This document shows, one piece after another, positions 18,507 to 27,271 of a DNA stretch of 64,000 nucleotides. The notes below the pieces were generated by a model. It saw only the letters and a list, made by a program, of their open reading frames with translations, was not told the DNA's origin and made no database searches. Source of the stretch: Candidatus Borrarchaeum weybense (GTDB lineage: Archaea; Asgardarchaeota; Sifarchaeia; Borrarchaeales; Borrarchaeaceae); the NCBI GenBank assembly GCA_019057385.1, contig JAHQJS010000004.1, positions 1,044,727 to 1,108,726 on the forward strand. The letters are read 5' to 3'. Numbering within the stretch: position 1 is the first letter of the stretch; each line of letters opens with the position of its first letter. The translations under genes were made by a program, and so were the position numbers.

Positions 18507-19477
18507 TTTAAAAGCAACTCCTGAGTTTTTTCTGCCAGTTGAATTAATATTTTCCCGCTTGTGGACTCTGGGTTATAATTCACTATGGGAATTCCTTTGA
18601 CATAGCTTTTAATCAGTTCATCATCGTATGGAATCCGTGCTAGCAACTCCACTGATTTTTTCTGGCATGTTGAATCAATTATTTCACTATCCGCAATATC
18701 AGATCGATTTAGTACTACTTTCGAATCAAGCATCATGACGTTCTTGGTCAGTTCGATTATTAGATCCAAATCGTGAGCCCCAAAGGGTGTTGGCTCTGTT
18801 ACAGCTAATACGAGATCAGCCCCTTGCAAAGCACGGATGACGTCGCAATGGGCACCTGGGGCAGTATCGATTACCACAATATCATAGTTTTTTCCATTTT
18901 CTTTGACTTTCTTAAACGCCCTTTCTCTTGCGGCATCTACTGCGATAGCAGATTCTGGTTCTCTCAATTTTAACTCGCCACTGACAATATCGACACCATT
19001 ATTTTGCCCTTCAGATGTATAACCGACAATCTTCTCCTTGTCTACTATTGCATCGGATGGGCACACTAATTGACATACTTCGCAACCTGTGCAAATTTCT
19101 GGGAACAACAGGGGTGGCTTATCGCCTACCTGCAATATAGCGTGAGCCCTACAAAATTCTGCACACTTCCCACAAAATGTGCAGTTTTCCAAAATAAATT
19201 CTGGAAGAAAACGTTTGATTACTTGCTCATTCTTTAATTCGGCACCCAAAAGAATGGCAACATTAGGACTGTCAACATCACAGTCGATGATTAAAACTCT
19301 TTTGCCCATATTTGCTAACTGGGCTGCAAGGTTAATGGCTACGACAGTTTTACCAGTGCCACCTTTGCCGCCAGTGCATGCCAGTATCGGTACGTCAACT
19401 GGTTTCCTATGGAAGATTTCTGATGGAAGAGATGTCATCTTTCTTAAACTCCTGCATTTTAATAATTCTCTTGTCAA
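18503..19477 (-). CDS. MinD-family P-loop ATPase with inserted 2x[4Fe-4S] ferredoxin (partner paralog)
   Basis: GGKGGTGKT, DCDVDSPN, CTFCGKC/CTGCEVC, DTAPGAHC, TEPTPFG. Confidence 0.92.
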   Translation of the reverse strand: MTRELLKCRSLRKMTSLPSEIFHRKPVDVPILACTGGKGGTGKTVVAINLAAQLANMGKRVLIIDCDVDSPNVAILLGAELKNEQVIKRFLPEFILENCTFCGKCAEFCRAHAILQVGDKPPLLFPEICTGCEVCQLVCPSDAIVDKEKIVGYTSEGQNNGVDIVSGELKLREPESAIAVDAARERAFKKVKENGKNYDIVVIDTAPGAHCDVIRALQGADLVLAVTEPTPFGAHDLDLIIELTKNVMMLDSKVVLNRSDIADSEIIDSTCQKKSVELLARIPYDDELIKSYVKGIPIVNYNPESTSGKILIQLAEKTQELLLK

Positions 19478-19492
19478 ATGTTTAAGAGTTAA

Positions 19493-19876
19493 TTATAAAA
19501 AACCAGCCTTTTTTGGTTTCGTTGGCTCTTCTAAGGACTTATATTTACCAGAAAGATAGCGATCAATTGCTTCTTGCACAGTTAAGTGTAGATCACATTG
19601 TATTATTTCAAACCCTAAGGAATTCAAGGCTGTAAAAGCACTTGGACCGAAATTTTCAGCAATGGCAACACTACACCCTAACTGGGCAAGAAACTGGGTG
19701 GATTGAATTCCAGCCCCACTACGTGCATTCCTCGCATTATTTTCATATAATTCAACGTTGATTACCTTTTTGTTATCATCCACTTCAACAACTGTCCACA
19801 TGAAGCACCGACCGAAGCGATCATCAACAGGTGAATCTAGTCCTTCAGGCAAGCTTGATGCTACGCCGATCTTCAT
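19493..19876 (-). CDS. NifB/NifX-family protein
   Basis: DRFGRCF, GAGIQSTQ, ENFGPSA. Confidence 0.9.
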   Translation of the reverse strand: MKIGVASSLPEGLDSPVDDRFGRCFMWTVVEVDDNKKVINVELYENNARNARSGAGIQSTQFLAQLGCSVAIAENFGPSAFTALNSLGFEIIQCDLHLTVQEAIDRYLSGKYKSLEEPTKPKKAGFL

Positions 19877-19916
19877 AAAATCTCCTATTTTTTTGATGTT
19901 ATTTACAAATTACCAA

Positions 19917-20399
19917 TTACCAATTTTGGCCGCCACCGCCGCGTCCACCGCCACCGCCGCGTCCACCGCCACCGCCGCGTCCACGTCCTGCACCTCTACC
20001 TGCGCCACCGCCGCGTCCACCAATTCCTGACTTAGCTCCCGCTGTTGGCCCTGAAGTGGAAGTTAATGCTCCTGTAAGATATTGATCAATTGCCGCCTTT
20101 ACTGTTGCGCCAAAAACACCTGTATATATCTGTATACCCATTTGTTGGAGAGCCGTAAAGGCATTTGGCCCCACGTTGCCTGTCAAAACTACAGTTGCGC
20201 CCGCGGTGACAACCAGCTGGGCTGCTTGAATACCTGCACCTGAAAAACTTTCTGCAGCCATATTCGGAACAACTTCGACATTCCCTGTATCCGAATCGTA
20301 AATTGTGAAAGCTGCACATCTCCCGAATCTGGGATCTATAATGACTTCTAACCCGCCTGGGGGTTGAGAACTTACTGCAATCTTCATTTTATACACCAT
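19917..20399 (-). CDS. NifB/NifX-family protein with RGG-rich C-terminal tail
   Basis: PRFGRCA, GAGIQAAQ, GNVGPNA; tail GGRGGGAGRGAGRGRGGGGGRGGGGGRGGGGQNW. Confidence 0.9.
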   Translation of the reverse strand: MVYKMKIAVSSQPPGGLEVIIDPRFGRCAAFTIYDSDTGNVEVVPNMAAESFSGAGIQAAQLVVTAGATVVLTGNVGPNAFTALQQMGIQIYTGVFGATVKAAIDQYLTGALTSTSGPTAGAKSGIGGRGGGAGRGAGRGRGGGGGRGGGGGRGGGGQNW

Positions 20400-20421
20400 A
20401 TTTCTACTGTTTTTTTAAAAA

Positions 20422-20439
20422 TTTTAGGCATCCCTAAAA
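20422..20439. promoter_or_regulatory. DtxR/MntR-type operator TTTTAGG-N4-CCTAAAA
   Basis: TTTTAGGCATCCCTAAAA ~23 nt upstream of the NifX-NifX-MinD-MinD operon. Confidence 0.7.
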
Positions 20440-20554
20440 ATTTTTTTGTGTGTCTAAGCACAACATTACAGTTTGAATATTTATTTGTCTTTCTACATAC
20501 AAATGTTAATATTAACTTTGATTCAACTTACAAAAAAACTCTATTTAAGTTTTG

Positions 20555-20905
20555 TTATGTTTCGGGTACTATTATAAGTTCTCTTCCTTCGGTTAACACT
20601 TGCGCAACCTTAGAACGGGCGCTTTGGAGCACTCTCCAGATGGTACCCCTTGAAACGCCCATCTGCTTACCTGCTTCCTCTTGCATCATTCCCTGTAGGT
20701 CCACAAGCCTCAAAACTTCCAGTTCTGCATATGTTAGAAAAATAGGCTCTTTTGAACTATGTTCTTCTATGGTGTCTTTAGGGATGGCTGGCACAAAGTT
20801 CTTGATAGGCGGAGTGAAGTTTATTTTTCTGGGTGTCATAGGTCGCCCTGGACCTGTTTTCCTCATTTTTCCTCGTCCGCGTCTCCATCTCGGCATAATA
20901 GTCAC
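20555..20905 (-). CDS. DUF134 (UPF0251) HTH protein
   Basis: GRPMTPRKI, ELEVLRLVDLQGMMQEEAGKQMGVSRGTIWRVLQSARSKVA. Confidence 0.92.
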   Translation of the reverse strand: MTIMPRWRRGRGKMRKTGPGRPMTPRKINFTPPIKNFVPAIPKDTIEEHSSKEPIFLTYAELEVLRLVDLQGMMQEEAGKQMGVSRGTIWRVLQSARSKVAQVLTEGRELIIVPET

Positions 20906-21275
20906 TTTTATATGCGTTTGTGTTTATCTGTGTAATTATGTTCAATGTCACAAAATATTGTGATTTTGATTCTAATTAATCTTGCTATGTTCCCAAAAAC
21001 CTGCTAGCAAAATAATGAGCCACTTTTGAAAATCTTCTCTTTTTTCTAAAATATATGGCATTTTGGAATTATAGAATTCTACAAACTATCTGAACCAATC
21101 GGGATATTTCATCAAAATTTCATTATAACCATAATTTTTGCTGCAAAGAGATAAAAAAACATTTAGATTATTTGCACCTTAGTCAAACTCAACAATGTAA
21201 TTATATGTGTTGTATCTATGAATCCTTCCGAATTAAACCCATATTGTACTAAGTCGATGGAGAGGGTGTTTCCTT

Positions 21276-21830
21276 ATGGTTATCAAGAGAGTTTTAAAAG
21301 AAGGTCTGCCTGTACTTTTCTTAGTCGCTATAGGGGGTACTCTCACTGGGTTTATTTTAACTAGAATGGAATCGTATCTTCAATCTATTGCTGGCTTGTT
21401 CGTTATACTTCCTGCGCTGTTTGCGCTGCGTGGAAATATAAGCGCATCATTAGGGTCACGTATCGGCTCAGGTTTTGCCACAGGCGCTATAAAATCAGAA
21501 CTTTTTGGAAATAAAGAACTTTTTGAGAATATAAAAGCATCAGTCCTGTTATCTACAGTTCTTTCAGCTGCAGCTGGTGTGATTGCTGTGATTTTCTTAT
21601 TTGTTTATGGAATAAGCGGCATAAATCCTGTCTTGATATTTCTTATTGCGCTTTTTGGAGGGTCAATCAGTGGATTAATTTCTCCGTTATTTACTACTCT
21701 CTTAGCAAGCATAGCATTTAGAAGAGGTCTCGATATTGACAATATCTTAAATCCTGTTATTACCGTAACGGGTGATATTCTTACTATATCGTGTATATTT
21801 CTAGCTATTTTACTTGTTATTGGACTCTAG
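21276..21830 (+). CDS. mgtE: MgtE/SLC41-type divalent cation transporter half-module
   Basis: LRGNISASLGSR, RGLDIDNI..PVITVTGD. Confidence 0.85.
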   Translation: MVIKRVLKEGLPVLFLVAIGGTLTGFILTRMESYLQSIAGLFVILPALFALRGNISASLGSRIGSGFATGAIKSELFGNKELFENIKASVLLSTVLSAAAGVIAVIFLFVYGISGINPVLIFLIALFGGSISGLISPLFTTLLASIAFRRGLDIDNILNPVITVTGDILTISCIFLAILLVIGL

Positions 21831-22400
21831 GTGAAAGTTATGCAAGTCTATAATGTTCGACGAATTGTTAGGGAAAGCGTTTTCGTCATTTTAATCTGTA
21901 TAGTTCTAGACTTGCAGGCAGGGATCATACTTGATTTAAATCTAAATTCTTTTCTTCAGTGGACTGCTTTACTTCTTTTAATTCCTTCATACCTAGCTAT
22001 GGGTGGAAATATTGGAATTATATTAGGATCAAGGTTATCTTCTGCGCTTTATCTGGGTACAATAGAGCCAAACTTCTCACAGTGGACTAAAACAGCTAAA
22101 GAAAACTTGGCTGCCAGTTTGCTATTAGGACTAAGCGCCTTTATCTTCGTAGGTATGATCACATTTGTTGTTTCAGTATTTCTAAACTTAAGTTTTCCTG
22201 ATATCGGTCGGCTACTTCTACTAACTATAGTTTCGGGTTTTCTTCTGATTGTTTGTTTGTCTTTGTTAACATTTTTCACAGCGATCTTAGCATTTCGTCG
22301 GGGATTGGATCCAGATAACATTATTGCCCCAATAATTGCAACCTCTGGTGATTTAATTGGAGCTGTAATTTTTGTGGCGTTGCTTCCTTTATTATTTTAG
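21831..22400 (+). CDS. mgtE: MgtE/SLC41-type divalent cation transporter half-module
   Basis: GGNIGIILGSRLSS, RGLDPDNIIAPIIATSGD. Confidence 0.85.
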   Translation: MKVMQVYNVRRIVRESVFVILICIVLDLQAGIILDLNLNSFLQWTALLLLIPSYLAMGGNIGIILGSRLSSALYLGTIEPNFSQWTKTAKENLAASLLLGLSAFIFVGMITFVVSVFLNLSFPDIGRLLLLTIVSGFLLIVCLSLLTFFTAILAFRRGLDPDNIIAPIIATSGDLIGAVIFVALLPLLF

Positions 22401-22494
22401 ATTTCTATTCTTAGTTTCAAAATTAAGTATAATATGATTCTCAGGCGCTCCTTCAATCAACCAGAATTAAAAACCTTCTTTAGACAGCATGAAC

Positions 22495-23133
22495 CTACTT
22501 CATGGGAAGTGTATGAACGATTTTCTTTAGACGTTCATGCCCATCTTCAGGTCCACGGATTATCAAAAGGTCTCCTGATAAAATTATAGTATTTGCATTC
22601 GGCCCATATATCCACTTTCTACCTCTCTTGATAGCGATAACTCGTGTCCCGAGAGTAGAATGTAATCTTAAATCTCCTAGTGTTTTTTGATCTACTAGAG
22701 AGTCTGGTTCAACTCTCACCCTAAAAATTTGCTCATCCGCATCAGCTAAGGCGCTTGCAATAACCGGATGGACGTCCAGTTTTCGCAATATTATTTCGAC
22801 GATCTGATCTGCAGCGTTAGAAATGTTTTCAGCGGCAGTTGCTAACTGTAAAATCCCCACAAGCTGTTCCGCATCTTCTTTGTCACGTGCGGCTAGCATG
22901 GCCATCATGGTTATCTGATATTTCAGTTTATCCATTTCCTCTTCGAGTTCATGAACTTCTTCAGCAAGCTCCTTGTTATTAAATAATACAGCAGAGTATG
23001 CTAAGTCCACTATCAGTTCACTTATATCCTTCATCTCTGTCAAAATTTGCTTGATTCCCATTGGCTCGTATTTTACGGGCTCTTTAATATCTTCAAGCTC
23101 TTCAATTATCTCTTCGTTACTTCCTTCAGACAA
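22495..23133 (-). CDS. PhoU + TrkA_C domain protein
   Basis: EMKDISELIVDLAYSA and VIAIKRGRKWIYGP motifs; usual MgtE neighbour in archaea. Confidence 0.85.
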   Translation of the reverse strand: MSEGSNEEIIEELEDIKEPVKYEPMGIKQILTEMKDISELIVDLAYSAVLFNNKELAEEVHELEEEMDKLKYQITMMAMLAARDKEDAEQLVGILQLATAAENISNAADQIVEIILRKLDVHPVIASALADADEQIFRVRVEPDSLVDQKTLGDLRLHSTLGTRVIAIKRGRKWIYGPNANTIILSGDLLIIRGPEDGHERLKKIVHTLPMK

Positions 23134-23381
23134 CTAAATCAAATTCCTCCAAATATATGGATAAAAAGCGTTGAAAAAGTGTACCCAAAAGCAAGTAAAA
23201 AAATATACCACTAAAACGAATTTCCTCAAGGCTATATTGAAACATGTTCTATCATGTTCCTTATTGTGCTCAAATGTAGTTAACAGATACTTTTAGTATT
23301 AATTTTTTTTGGTAAATTGGGCTTCACTAATTTAGTATGAATTTTTTAAAAAACAGTTTAAAAACAAAGGGTTTAGGTAGA

Positions 23382-23873
23382 TTAAATCTCTTTTTGTCGT
23401 TCTTTTCTTTCATAATGTTTTTCTGCCTTTTCTCTTATCAGTTGAACATATTCATTTGCAGTTATCAGGTTTGATAAATCAGACTCTAAGTTATTGGCTT
23501 TTATCTTAAGAATCCAACCCTCTTTATACGCCGATTTGTTAACAATTTCTGGAGACGCTTCAAGTTTTTCATTTATTGCGACTATAGCTCCCCCAACAGC
23601 TGGGATTATATCGAGCACTGTTTTTACTGATTCAAGTGATCCAATCTCTTCTCCAGGAATGACCTCATCGCCAACTTGTTTCTCAAGTTCGAGAAACAAA
23701 ATATCGCTCAAAATCGTTTGAAAATAATCAGTTGCACCTATGACAACTATTTCATCATCTTTAGATACCCACAAGTCATCTTTTGAGTAGAATAAATCCT
23801 TAGGAAATTTCAAAATGAATTTTTCGATAGTAACCTTGAATTTATCTTCTTCTTCAACTACATTGAAGATCAT
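23382..23873 (-). CDS. gcvH: Glycine cleavage H-like lipoyl carrier (no P/T/L genes in window)
   Basis: GATDYFQTILSDI, LESVKTV (lipoyl-Lys motif), PEIVNKSAYKEGWI. Confidence 0.88.
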   Translation of the reverse strand: MIFNVVEEEDKFKVTIEKFILKFPKDLFYSKDDLWVSKDDEIVVIGATDYFQTILSDILFLELEKQVGDEVIPGEEIGSLESVKTVLDIIPAVGGAIVAINEKLEASPEIVNKSAYKEGWILKIKANNLESDLSNLITANEYVQLIREKAEKHYERKERQKEI

Positions 23874-23886
23874 AATATTCCCAACC

Positions 23887-24333
23887 TTATTCGTCTTTTG
23901 GCCTTATGTCCAGCAAGATTTCATCCACTTTTTTAGCAGTTAATTCTGCAATTCTGCGAGCTAGTTTCATCCCGTTGTTTCCTAATTCAACTACATCTTC
24001 TGGATTCAACTTGATATCCATTTCTTTCATAACTTTTTTTACATCTATTACAGCTGAAGGTTTATCGCTGTATTTTTCAGTGCCAAGAGAAGAACACCGT
24101 TTTTCACACCCATCTAAGCAAATAGTAGGAAAGAATTTCGCAAAATTTTGTTCTCCTTCATCCCCTGCAAGAAATAACGGTAAGCACATTATTACTGTAC
24201 TTTCAGGTAACTCCTCGACAACAAGACGCGCTGCTATTCGTGTTACAGTCCCCTCTGGGATTGCTTCACCACTACAAGCGATAATCCCGACCTTTGTAGG
24301 CCTCATAGTTTCAAGAAAATCTGGCATAAGCAA
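23887..24333 (-). CDS. DGC-domain putative zinc-binding protein, type B
   Basis: KVGIIACSGE..EGT, CLPLFLAG, DGCEKRC. Confidence 0.85.
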   Translation of the reverse strand: MLMPDFLETMRPTKVGIIACSGEAIPEGTVTRIAARLVVEELPESTVIMCLPLFLAGDEGEQNFAKFFPTICLDGCEKRCSSLGTEKYSDKPSAVIDVKKVMKEMDIKLNPEDVVELGNNGMKLARRIAELTAKKVDEILLDIRPKDE

Positions 24334-24342
24334 ACTTCCTTA

Positions 24343-24750
24343 CTAATTACACTCAAGAAGTTTATCTACTTCTTCGGCAACCCTTTCTGCTACTTTTCGT
24401 GCAAGTTTCTTCCCATTTTCGTCTAAGAACGTTACTTGTTTTGTACGGAACTCTTTATTTTCTCTTAGTACGTCCATGACCATAACAGATGCGTCTGAGG
24501 TACGTCCGATAGATCGTTCAACATCTTTGAAAGCGCAAGCTTTCGCACATCCATCAATGGAAATCACAAAATTGTTTTTAGTGAGATCTAGAGCTTCTTT
24601 ATCCGCTATCTGAAGCAAAGGCAGACAAAAAGTTTTAGTTTTGTCAGTTCGTAGTTCATTAACAACGATATATGTTGCTTGCCTCGCTACCGTTCCGAAA
24701 GATTTTCCAATCCCGCTGCAGGGCAAAATAACCGCTTTTTTTAAAATCAT
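24343..24750 (-). CDS. DGC-domain putative zinc-binding protein, type A
   Basis: PCSGIGK..GTVAR, CLPLL, IDGCAKAC. Confidence 0.85.
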   Translation of the reverse strand: MILKKAVILPCSGIGKSFGTVARQATYIVVNELRTDKTKTFCLPLLQIADKEALDLTKNNFVISIDGCAKACAFKDVERSIGRTSDASVMVMDVLRENKEFRTKQVTFLDENGKKLARKVAERVAEEVDKLLECN

Positions 24751-24767
24751 TGTCTTTCAATCATCCT

Positions 24768-25154
24768 TTAAGCAGAGAGAATTAATTCCTTAAGTTCTTC
24801 ACGTTTCGGCACACGCCCCATTGAAACAACTTCACCATTGAATACAACTACAGGAGTAAGAAAAATTTCCTGTTCCTTAGCTAATTCAACATAGGGTGCG
24901 AGTTTTTCGTCAATGGTTTTGATATCACGTTGTTCGAACAATTTACGGTAGTCGAGATCAATTCCCATTTTCTCGGCAAATACTTCTGCTTCAACTATTT
25001 TTCCGTATTTTTCTGCTTCTTCAGAGCCAGCGTAAATTCGCTCGATTTCGATGTTCATACCCCGTTCTCTTTTTAACTGTTTTAGCATCCTATGAACTCT
25101 GTGGCAACGAATGCAAGGCGGGTATGGTCCAATTACTTCTACTTTAAGCACCAT
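24768..25154 (-). CDS. Small thioredoxin-fold protein with ~40-aa insertion
   Basis: PPCIRC, TPVVVFNGEVVSMGRVP. Confidence 0.8.
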   Translation of the reverse strand: MVLKVEVIGPYPPCIRCHRVHRMLKQLKRERGMNIEIERIYAGSEEAEKYGKIVEAEVFAEKMGIDLDYRKLFEQRDIKTIDEKLAPYVELAKEQEIFLTPVVVFNGEVVSMGRVPKREELKELILSA

Positions 25155-25156
25155 GT

Positions 25157-25459
25157 TTATTCTTCTCCTAGTACCTCTAATATAGCTGCTTTGAATTCTT
25201 CTTTATGCGGCACTTCACCTTCGGCTATAATCATATCTCCAACTACAATTGTGGGCGCAAGTTGTACGTCCCATTCTTCAGCTTCGGGAGTCAGACAGCT
25301 GATCCTGCGTATATTTACCTTATCTCCAAAATATTCATCTTTTATCTTCTTTGCTACTTTTGCTGCCCGATGGCAAACTGTGCAAGGCGGTTCAGTTTCG
25401 AAAATAATCACATCAATTGGTCCAGACATTATTTTTCCTCCATCATCGATTAGTCCCAT
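25157..25459 (-). CDS. Small thioredoxin-fold protein
   Basis: PPCTVC, APTIVVGD..AEGEVP; likely starts at the internal MSGP. Confidence 0.8.
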   Translation of the reverse strand: MGLIDDGGKIMSGPIDVIIFETEPPCTVCHRAAKVAKKIKDEYFGDKVNIRRISCLTPEAEEWDVQLAPTIVVGDMIIAEGEVPHKEEFKAAILEVLGEE

Positions 25460-25719
25460 TCTAGTTCGATATCAATCATTTTCTTCATCGTTTCTCTGCT
25501 AGGTGTTAATCCTATAATAAAATATGTTTCATTGATAACGATTGCTGGCGTAAGTTCGATGTGGTATTCTTCAAATTTTTCCTTTGCTGATGGTCCGATG
25601 TACTTTTCTACTTCTACTTTATCTCCGTATTCTTTTACAATCTCATCCACGAAATTCAAACAAATCTCACATTCTCCACAAACTGGCTCTCCAGAAAAAA
25701 ATTCTATGAGAACGGTCAT
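25450..25719 (-). CDS. Small thioredoxin-fold protein with CxxCxxC
   Basis: PVCGECEIC, TPAIVIN. Confidence 0.8.
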   Translation of the reverse strand: MTVLIEFFSGEPVCGECEICLNFVDEIVKEYGDKVEVEKYIGPSAKEKFEEYHIELTPAIVINETYFIIGLTPSRETMKKMIDIELEWD

Positions 25720-25736
25720 AGTACGCTACCTCCGCT

Positions 25737-26810
25737 TTAAATTGTTGGAGAAATGGTCGCTTTTTCCTCCTCGATATCTTTCATGGATCGCTTGTGAGCA
25801 ATGTAGGCACCTATAACGGCGACTGCCAGAAGTCCAAGAAGAATTATGTCATGATATTCACCGTAAAGATTGCCTCCGACTGCTGTACCGGCTGTAGTGA
25901 ACTCAAGCAATATTGGGAAGAATAGAACTCCAAGTAATATTGAGAAACCATAGACTCCTAGGGCATAGACTAATGTTCGCTTCCATTTGAGGACACGTAC
26001 GACTACCATAAGAGTAGCGATACTAATTGTTGGTGCTGCCAGCAGAAATACTAATGCTGCGCCTGGGCTCATCCCGAGTGCTAAAAATGTGGCCGCCAAT
26101 GGAATTTCAACGGGAGGAATGACAAACAAGGGGATTCCTATAAATGCCGCGAGCAGATAAGCGGTCAAACCTGTTGAGCCCATAGTACTTTCAATCCAGA
26201 CCGGTGGTAAAACTGTTCTTAATAATGCCGCTACGAACACACCTACCACAATGAGCCAGAGTATTTCTTTGATATAGTCCCAGGTGTACGTCATAGCCTT
26301 TTTCATTCTCGAGACAAAAGATACAACGACTTTTGGTTTCATGCGCCGTACTTTCCGTACTTTCTGTGCCTCTTCTTGCTCTTCCTTGCCAAAAACGAGG
26401 TCTACAACGATACCAACTGCTATTGCAATAAGAACTGCACCAATAATTCTTGCAATTCCTAAACCGACATTTAACAATCCCATGGTGAGTAGAACACCTA
26501 CTGGATTTATAGATGGACCTGCGATAAGGAACGTAACAGCGGGACCGATACCTGCACCTCTTCGTCTTATACCTGCAAATAATGGAAGTATCGCACAAGA
26601 ACATACGCCTAATAATGCACCAGCGGCGGTTGCTGTGACATAAGCATACCATCTTCCACTACCCAAGAGTCGTAAGAAGGTGTCCCTCGAAATAAATTCG
26701 CTAAAAATACCCGCCACAATGAACCCTACAGCTATACACCACCAGGCGTGGGAAAAATACTCGATTGCTATGATCCAAGTGCCAGTCAATATTTCTACAA
26801 TAGTTACCAT
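25737..26810 (-). CDS. DUF318/ArsP-family permease
   Basis: GVCSCAILPL, FLIAGPSINP, GAALVFLLAAP two-repeat architecture. Confidence 0.88.
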   Translation of the reverse strand: MVTIVEILTGTWIIAIEYFSHAWWCIAVGFIVAGIFSEFISRDTFLRLLGSGRWYAYVTATAAGALLGVCSCAILPLFAGIRRRGAGIGPAVTFLIAGPSINPVGVLLTMGLLNVGLGIARIIGAVLIAIAVGIVVDLVFGKEEQEEAQKVRKVRRMKPKVVVSFVSRMKKAMTYTWDYIKEILWLIVVGVFVAALLRTVLPPVWIESTMGSTGLTAYLLAAFIGIPLFVIPPVEIPLAATFLALGMSPGAALVFLLAAPTISIATLMVVVRVLKWKRTLVYALGVYGFSILLGVLFFPILLEFTTAGTAVGGNLYGEYHDIILLGLLAVAVIGAYIAHKRSMKDIEEEKATISPTI

Positions 26811-26837
26811 TATTTTAGATCCTCACATAAGTAATAT

Positions 26838-26863
26838 ATTATATCGTTATATGGCGATATAAT
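26838..26863. promoter_or_regulatory. Palindromic operator ATTATATCG-N8-CGATATAAT
   Basis: Perfect 9-8-9 inverted repeat between a TATA box (26873-26880, - strand) and the permease start. Confidence 0.75.
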
Positions 26864-26967
26864 CATATTTCAATTATAAGTCTTTTGGTGAAGGATGATC
26901 TCAAGAGCATTTCACAGTTGATAAAAAGCTGATGTGTAATTCATTCTCTCTCTAAATTTTTCCTTGC

Positions 26968-27111
26968 TCATTTAACAAGCAAAAAGGTAAGAGCAATCAA
27001 GAGCAATATGTTTCCGAGGCAAAAAATAGTCTCTAATTGTCCAGTTGGAGATTCACACCACCTGAATAGGCAACCAAAACCCAGAATTATAGCTGCAATA
27101 GCTATACTCAC
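26968..27111 (-). CDS. Possible 47-aa two-helix membrane peptide or gene relic
   Basis: AGGAGA SD then GTG: MSIAIAAIILGFGCLFRWCESPTGQLETIFCLGNILLLIALTFLLVK*. Confidence 0.35.
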   Translation of the reverse strand: MSIAIAAIILGFGCLFRWCESPTGQLETIFCLGNILLLIALTFLLVK

Positions 27112-27218
27112 GATCTCCTTCTTTTAATTAAGTCTTATACTTTGAAGTTATAAGGTCATTTGTAATTATGAAATCTAGAACACATGTTCCAATAGACACA
27201 CTTTATCTTGTGTAAAAA

Positions 27219-27271
27219 GGCTTTGGCTTTCATCCCCCCACCTGTAGGAAGAGGACTTCCAGACGATATAG
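27219..27271 (-). mobile_element. IS200/IS605-family left-end relic
   Basis: - strand reads TTTAA|ctatatcgtctggaagtcctcttcctacaggtggggggatgaaagcc, an imperfect GC hairpin similar to 30695-30739. Confidence 0.55.

Noticed and set aside
11146-20399. Nitrogen fixation cluster
   Set aside because: Only NifX-fold domains and MinD-type ATPases; no NifH/D/K/E/N motifs.
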